The translations under genes were made by a program, and so were the position numbers. The notes beneath the pieces were generated by a model. It was not told the DNA's origin. It made no database searches and was given only the letters and a program-made list of their open reading frames with translations. DNA of 29,755 bases, taken from assembly GCA_964504405.1 (NCBI GenBank), contig CAZDEX010000001.1:1-29755 (forward strand), given 5' to 3'. The stretch is from an uncultured Gaiellales bacterium (GTDB lineage: Bacteria > Actinomycetota > Thermoleophilia > Gaiellales > Gaiellaceae). Shown in pieces: positions 24,724 to 29,755 of this stretch (position 1 is the stretch's first letter; each line of letters begins with the position of its first letter).

Positions 24724-26415
24724 ATGCCGATGCCCTACTGGAAGTACGAGCCGTACGCCGCGGTCGACCTGCCCGACCGGCAGTGGCCGAACGTCGTGCT
24801 CGACCGCGCACCGCGGTGGTGCTCGACCGACCTGCGCGACGGCAACCAGGCGCTCGTCAATCCGATGGACCCGGAGCGCAAGCGGCGCATGTTCGATCTG
24901 CTCGTCTCGATCGGCATCAAGGAGATCGAGGTCGGCTTCCCCGCGGCGTCCAAAACCGATTACGACTTCGTCCGCCTCCTGATCGAAGACGGGCTCATCC
25001 CCGACGACACGACGATCGCCGTGCTCACACAGGCGCGACCGGAGCTGATCGAGCGCACGTACGAGGCAATCGAAGGCGCAGAGCGCGCGATCGTGCATCT
25101 CTACAACTCCACGTCGGAGACGCAGCGACGCCTCGTCTTCCAGCTCGACCGCGCCGGGATCACGGATCTCGCGGTTCGCGGCGCGACGCTCTGCCGCGAC
25201 CTCGCGGCGACCTGCGACTCGGACGTCGTCTTCGAGTACTCACCGGAGAGCTTCCACGGCACCGAGCTCGACTACTCACTCGAAATCTGCGAGGCAGTGA
25301 TCGACGTGTGGCGGCCGACGCCGCAGCAGAAGCTGATCGTCAACCTGCCGACGACGGTCGAGGGCTTCCCGCCGAACGTGTACGCCGATCGGCTCGAGTG
25401 GTTCGGCCGGCACTGCAGCTGCCGGGAGGCGATCGTCCTGAGCGTCCACCCGCACAACGACCGCGGCACCGCTGTCGCGACTGCCGAGCTCGGTCTGATG
25501 GCAGGCGCCGAGCGCGTCGAGGGGACGCTGTTCGGCAACGGCGAGCGCACCGGCAACGTCGACCTGGTGACCCTGGCGCTCAACCTGCTGACGCAAGGTG
25601 TGGATCCCGAGCTCGACCTCTCGGAGATCGACGAGATCCGCGCCGTCGTCGAGGCCTGCAACGAGCTGCCCGTCAATCCCCGCCACCCGTACGTCGGCGA
25701 GCTGGTCTACACGGCGTTCTCCGGGTCGCACCAGGACGCGATCAAGAAGGGCATGGACGCGCGCCGGCGATCGCAGTCGCACCGCTGGGACGTCCCGTAT
25801 CTGTTGATCGACCCGATGGACGTCGGGCGCGACTACGAGGCGATCATCCGCGTCAACTCGCAGTCGGGCAAAGGCGGGATCGCGTACCTCCTCGAGGCGG
25901 AGCATCACCTCGTCCTGCCACGGGCACTGCAGGTGGAGTTCGCGCAGGCCGTGCAGCAGATCACCGACGCGCAAGGTGGGGAGCTGACCGCCGACGAGCT
26001 CCTCGCGCTCTTCCGCGAGACGTACTTCGGACAGGGCGGGCGCTTCGAGCTCGTGTCGTACCGTCATGAGAGCGCCGACATCGACACGGTCGAGGCGCAG
26101 CTCGACGTCGACGGCCGACGGTGCACGATCACCGGCACGGGCACGGGTGCGATGGCCGCGTTCGTCGACGCGCTCGAGCGCGAGCTCGGCGTCGAGATCG
26201 GGATCAGCGACTACACGCAGCACGCGATGGCGCACGAGACGGAGGCGACGGCCGCCGCCTACGTCGAGGCGGACGTCGAGGACGCGACGGTGTGGGGGGT
26301 TGCCGTCCACCCGAGCACGGTGACGGCCTCCTTCGCCGCGCTCGTCGCTGCGCTCAACCGGTGGGAGGCTCTCCCGGCGCGTGCCTACGCAGCGCGCGGC
26401 GCGACTACGCGGTGA
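24724..26415 (+). CDS. leuA: 2-isopropylmalate synthase
   Basis: DRQWP, STDLRDGNQAL, IEVGFP, NLPTTVE, SVHPHNDRG, GNGERTGN, FSGSHQDAIKKG, IRVNSQSGKGG plus regulatory domain; AGGAGG RBS. Confidence 0.96.
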   Translation: MPMPYWKYEPYAAVDLPDRQWPNVVLDRAPRWCSTDLRDGNQALVNPMDPERKRRMFDLLVSIGIKEIEVGFPAASKTDYDFVRLLIEDGLIPDDTTIAVLTQARPELIERTYEAIEGAERAIVHLYNSTSETQRRLVFQLDRAGITDLAVRGATLCRDLAATCDSDVVFEYSPESFHGTELDYSLEICEAVIDVWRPTPQQKLIVNLPTTVEGFPPNVYADRLEWFGRHCSCREAIVLSVHPHNDRGTAVATAELGLMAGAERVEGTLFGNGERTGNVDLVTLALNLLTQGVDPELDLSEIDEIRAVVEACNELPVNPRHPYVGELVYTAFSGSHQDAIKKGMDARRRSQSHRWDVPYLLIDPMDVGRDYEAIIRVNSQSGKGGIAYLLEAEHHLVLPRALQVEFAQAVQQITDAQGGELTADELLALFRETYFGQGGRFELVSYRHESADIDTVEAQLDVDGRRCTITGTGTGAMAAFVDALERELGVEIGISDYTQHAMAHETEATAAAYVEADVEDATVWGVAVHPSTVTASFAALVAALNRWEALPARAYAARGATTR

Positions 26416-27433
26416 CGGGCTGCGCGTGCTTCGGCGACCAGCCGATCGCCGGAGCGATCTCGCGCGCGATCGTGTCGAGCATCGCGGCGTTGTACTCGAC
26501 GCCGAGCTGGCTCGGAACGGTGAGCAGGATCGTGTCCGCGGCCTGCACGGCTGCGTCCTGTGCGAGCTCCTCGGCGATCCGGTCCGGCGCGCCGGTGTAG
26601 CTGCGGCCGAAGCGCGCGGTCGATCCGTCGAGCCGGCCGACCTGGTCGGCGTTTCCGTCCTGTGCGAAGAGGCGACGGTCGAGGTCGCTCGTGACCGGGA
26701 TCACGCTGCGGCTGACGGAGACGCGCGGCTCGCGCGCGTGGCCGGCTGCAGCCCACGTGTCGCGGAAGAGCTGGATCTGCTCGGCCTGGAGCTCGTCGAA
26801 GGGAACGGAGGTGTCCTCGAGGAGCAGCGTCGAGCTCATGAGGTTCAGGCCCTGCTCCGCCGTCCAGATCGCGGTCTGGCGCGAACCGGAGCCCCACCAG
26901 ATGCGGTCGGAGAGGCCGGGCGACTGCGGCTGCACCGCGAGGAGCGCATCGCCGGGACGCCCGCCCGCGTCTGCGCGCACCACGCCCTCGCCGGCGATCG
27001 CCGAACGGAAGAGCGCGGTCTTCGCGCGCGCCTCCTCCGCGTCGGCCGCGTAGCCGAACGCCTCGGCGCCGCGCCACGCCGGCTCGGGCGAGCCGCGGCT
27101 GACGCCGAGCTGGAGCCGTCCGCCGGCGAGCAGGTCGGCCGACGCGGACTCCTCGGCCATGTAGAGCGGGTTCTCGTAGCGCATGTCGATCACGCCGGTC
27201 CCGATCTCGATGCGGCTCGTCTTGACGCCGATCGCGGCGAGCAGCGGGAACGGGGAGGCGAGCTGCCGCGCGAAGTGGTGGACGCGCACGAATGCGCCGT
27301 CGATGCCGATCTCCTCGGCCGCCACCGCGAGCTCGACCGTCTGTTCGAGCGCGTCGGCGCCGGTGTGCGTCAGCCCGCCGCCCGGGTGCCAGGCGCCGAA
27401 CGAGAGGAAGCCGACCTTCTTTGCGCGGGTCAT
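26405..27433 (-). CDS. LLM-class (luciferase-like) flavin-dependent oxidoreductase
   Basis: KVGFLSFG, RVHHFARQLASPFPLL, GVIDMRYENPLYMAE, RLQLGVSRGSPE. ATG 27433 preferred. Confidence 0.92.
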   Translation of the reverse strand: MTRAKKVGFLSFGAWHPGGGLTHTGADALEQTVELAVAAEEIGIDGAFVRVHHFARQLASPFPLLAAIGVKTSRIEIGTGVIDMRYENPLYMAEESASADLLAGGRLQLGVSRGSPEPAWRGAEAFGYAADAEEARAKTALFRSAIAGEGVVRADAGGRPGDALLAVQPQSPGLSDRIWWGSGSRQTAIWTAEQGLNLMSSTLLLEDTSVPFDELQAEQIQLFRDTWAAAGHAREPRVSVSRSVIPVTSDLDRRLFAQDGNADQVGRLDGSTARFGRSYTGAPDRIAEELAQDAAVQAADTILLTVPSQLGVEYNAAMLDTIAREIAPAIGWSPKHAQPVTA

Positions 27434-27503
27434 CGTCGAGATCAACGTCGTTGAGGGGTCAAGTATTCCAGAGGCGGCACACTCCGGGTGTGCGTTGGGC
27501 GCG

Positions 27504-28148
27504 TCACGCGGGCGCGGACGTCACGATCGGCGCGCTGGTCGGGCGCTGAACACCGCCCGCGCGTTCGAGCGTGACTCCGACGCGTGCACCGTCAGGCAGC
27601 GCGCGTGTCAGCCGCACGGTGCCGTTCGACCTGAAGAGGCCGGCGGGCTGCGCCGTCGTCCCGCGCATGACCCAGACCTCGTACGTCTTCCCTGCCGGCG
27701 ACGCGGGGAGCCCCGAGACGACGAGGGCCGCGACACCGTGGCGATCGACGATCACCGAGCCGTTCGCGCCCCTGACGGGCAGCGCGCGCAGCGCCTGCGG
27801 CGAGCCGAGTTGAGAGCTCAGCGACGCCGCCCAGATTCCGAGGCTGACCGCGACCCCGAGCGCAACCGCGGCGACCGCGAGCGCGGGGTAGGCCCACCGC
27901 GGGCGCAGCGGCACGACGTTCGACCGCTCCGCACGCGCCGCGTCGAGGATGCGACCGCGCAGCGCGGGGGGCGGCTGCTCCGGCGGTGTCGCAAAGGCGA
28001 GCGCAGCCGCGGCCTCGGAGAGCGACGCGAGCTCTTCCTGGCACCGGCGGCAGCCCGCGAGGTGCGCCTCGAACTCGCGCTCCTCGTTCGCGCTCAGCGC
28101 GTGCAGCGCGTACCCGGCTGCGTTGGAGTGGATCAGCTCGTCTTCCAC
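27504..28148 (-). CDS. Anti-sigma factor, RskA-like, with zinc-finger (H-x3-C-x2-C)
   Basis: YALHALS...FEAHLAGCRRC, PPPALRGRIL, TM helix, GKTYEVW, GVTLERAGGVQRPTS; AAGGAG before GTG 28148. Confidence 0.88.
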   Translation of the reverse strand: MEDELIHSNAAGYALHALSANEEREFEAHLAGCRRCQEELASLSEAAAALAFATPPEQPPPALRGRILDAARAERSNVVPLRPRWAYPALAVAAVALGVAVSLGIWAASLSSQLGSPQALRALPVRGANGSVIVDRHGVAALVVSGLPASPAGKTYEVWVMRGTTAQPAGLFRSNGTVRLTRALPDGARVGVTLERAGGVQRPTSAPIVTSAPA

Positions 28149-28708
28149 GATTGCTCCTTCGGCACTTCGACGAGCTTGCGCAAGTTGGCGAGCGCCGTGT
28201 GCATCTGGCTCTTGATCGTGCCGAGCGGTCGTCCGAGGCGCTCGGCGAGCTCCGACTGCGTGAAGCCGCCGTAGTACGCCAGCTCGAGTGTCTCGCGCTG
28301 CTGGTCGGGCAGCTCCTTCAGCGCGCGCTGGACATGCTCGCGCTCGAGCCGGAGCCAGACCGCCTCGTCCGCAGGGGTTGCGCTCGCAGTCAGCTCGTCG
28401 GGCAACTGGTCCGTGTGGCGGCGTTGCTCGCGGCGGACGAGGTCGACTGCGCGGCGATGCACGATGGTCATGATCCATGTCGACGCCTTGGCCCGCTCGG
28501 GCACGAAGCGGTCCGCGCCGCGCCAGATGAGGAGGAACGCCTCCTGCACGGCGTCTTCCGCCAGCGCGGCGTCGCGCAGCACACGTCGCGCCAGCGAGTA
28601 GGCGGGCGCGCCGTAGCGGTCGTACAGCTCGGCGAGGGCGTCCTCGTCGCGTCGCGCCATCAGCGCGACGACTGCTTCGTCCGAGAGGTGGGCGAAATCG
28701 CGGGCCAT
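28133..28708 (-). CDS. ECF RNA polymerase sigma factor (SigK-like)
   Basis: LAELYDRY, AEDAVQEAF, WIMTIVHRRAVD, LAYYGGFTQSELAERLGRPLGTIKS; overlaps its anti-sigma gene. Confidence 0.92.
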   Translation of the reverse strand: MARDFAHLSDEAVVALMARRDEDALAELYDRYGAPAYSLARRVLRDAALAEDAVQEAFLLIWRGADRFVPERAKASTWIMTIVHRRAVDLVRREQRRHTDQLPDELTASATPADEAVWLRLEREHVQRALKELPDQQRETLELAYYGGFTQSELAERLGRPLGTIKSQMHTALANLRKLVEVPKEQSWKTS

Positions 28709-28720
28709 CGACGCGAAGTA

Positions 28721-28745
28721 TTCGTGCAGCGGGGCAGACCGGTTC
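28721..28745 (-). promoter_or_regulatory. Candidate ECF autoregulatory promoter
   Basis: Minus strand GAACC-N16-CGAA, 12 nt upstream of the sigma ATG. Confidence 0.45.
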
Positions 28746-28766
28746 GGTTGAACCGGCGCTCCGGTC

Positions 28767-29755
28767 TCAGTCCGGGAGGAGGGGCACGGTCAATCCCTCG
28801 TCGCGCCCGAGCAGCACCGCACGCGTGATCGCCTTCGAGCCGAAGCGCTCGCGCACCTCGTCGAGCGTGACGTCGAGCGCAGTGCTCGCATGCGCATCGA
28901 ACGGGAGCGGCGGCTGCAGCGGACGATCGCGCTGCAGGTTGCCCACGGCGACGCCGACGAGTGTCAGCCCGCGTTCCTCGATCAGAGGCGCGGCGTGGGC
29001 GAAGAGCCAGCGAACCGTCGCGAGCACCGTCTCCGTGTGCGCGGTCGCCTGCGAGAACGAGTGCGAACGGGTCGCGCGCGAGAAGTCGTCGAAGCGCAGG
29101 CGCAGGACGACCGTGCGGCCGATGCGGTCGGAGGCGCGCATGCGGCGGCAGATCCGGTCGACGAGGCCGACGACGATCGCGTCGAGCTCCTCCGGCGAGC
29201 GTCGGCGCCGGCCGAGTGCGCGCTGCGAGCCGATCGAGCCGCGACGTTTACCGGGCTGCACACGGCGCGGGTCGCGGTTGTGCGCGAGTGCGTGCAGCCG
29301 GCGCCCCGTCGCGCGGCCGACCATCGAGACGAGGGTCTCTTCGGCGAGCAGTGCGACCTCGCCGACGCGCGTCACGCCGTGTGCGCGCAGCTTCGTCGCG
29401 GTGACCGGCCCGACGCCCCACAGGCGCTCGACGGGCAGCGCGTGCAGGAAGCCGAGCTCGTCGTCGACCGGCACGACGAGCAGCCCGTCCGGTTTCGCGA
29501 CCCCGCTCGCGACCTTGGCGAGGAACTTCGTCCGCGCGACGCCGACGGAGACACGGAGGCCGACGCGCTGCAGCACGTCTCGGCGCAAGCGCCGTGCGAT
29601 CTGCGACGGCGTGCCTGCGATCCGCTCCATTCCGCGCACGTCGAGGAACGCCTCGTCGATCGACAGGCCTTCCACCACCGGCGAGGTGTCGTCGAAGACG
29701 CGGAAGAGCTCCTTGCTCGCCTCGGAGTAGGCCGACATGCGGGGCGGCACGACGA
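28767..29755 (-). CDS. dinB: DNA polymerase IV (Y family), 5' end outside the window
   Basis: LSIDEAFLD, SVGVARTKFLAKVAS, KPDG, LWGVGPVT, little-finger domain RTVVLRLRFDDF. Confidence 0.94.
   Translation of the reverse strand, partial: VVPPRMSAYSEASKELFRVFDDTSPVVEGLSIDEAFLDVRGMERIAGTPSQIARRLRRDVLQRVGLRVSVGVARTKFLAKVASGVAKPDGLLVVPVDDELGFLHALPVERLWGVGPVTATKLRAHGVTRVGEVALLAEETLVSMVGRATGRRLHALAHNRDPRRVQPGKRRGSIGSQRALGRRRRSPEELDAIVVGLVDRICRRMRASDRIGRTVVLRLRFDDFSRATRSHSFSQATAHTETVLATVRWLFAHAAPLIEERGLTLVGVAVGNLQRDRPLQPPLPFDAHASTALDVTLDEVRERFGSKAITRAVLLGRDEGLTVPLLPD

Noticed and set aside
8288-29730. Many long overlapping or antisense ORFs in the track (e.g. 8288..10021, 11049..12263, 18558..19988, 20940..23108, 25276..26310, 27183..28274)
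   Set aside because: Arg/Ala/Pro-rich shadow frames of real genes, expected at this GC content.

Overview
High-GC window that looks actinobacterial (Thermoleophilia/Gaiellales-like; inferred from composition and gene types). From left to right: (1) the edge of a probable integrative/conjugative element (partial replication-relaxation gene); (2) a compact promoter-mauE-mauD-peptide-hairpin operon whose last gene carries a MauA-type export leader on a Trp-free 49-aa, 12-Cys core, the best candidate for an undescribed system; (3) an orphan oppC/oppB permease pair; (4) an accessory hotspot where three copies of a ~31-bp motif, about 1 kb apart, bracket a vapBC module (toxin frameshifted) and a short XPF/ERCC4-type nuclease; (5) a cell-envelope/glycan block (two GT-C glycosyltransferases, GH38 alpha-mannosidase, secreted esterase, tandem rhomboid-like proteins, a hydrolase-cupredoxin fusion, CapA-family protein) containing deletion scars of a sugar catabolism operon; (6) a decayed phyH-P450'-'SDR block; (7) ordinary backbone genes (acetoacetate-CoA ligase, bioY, leuA, LLM oxidoreductase, ECF sigma/anti-sigma pair, partial dinB). 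No rRNA, tRNA, CRISPR array or transposase was recognised. All family assignments come from motifs read by eye, not database searches.
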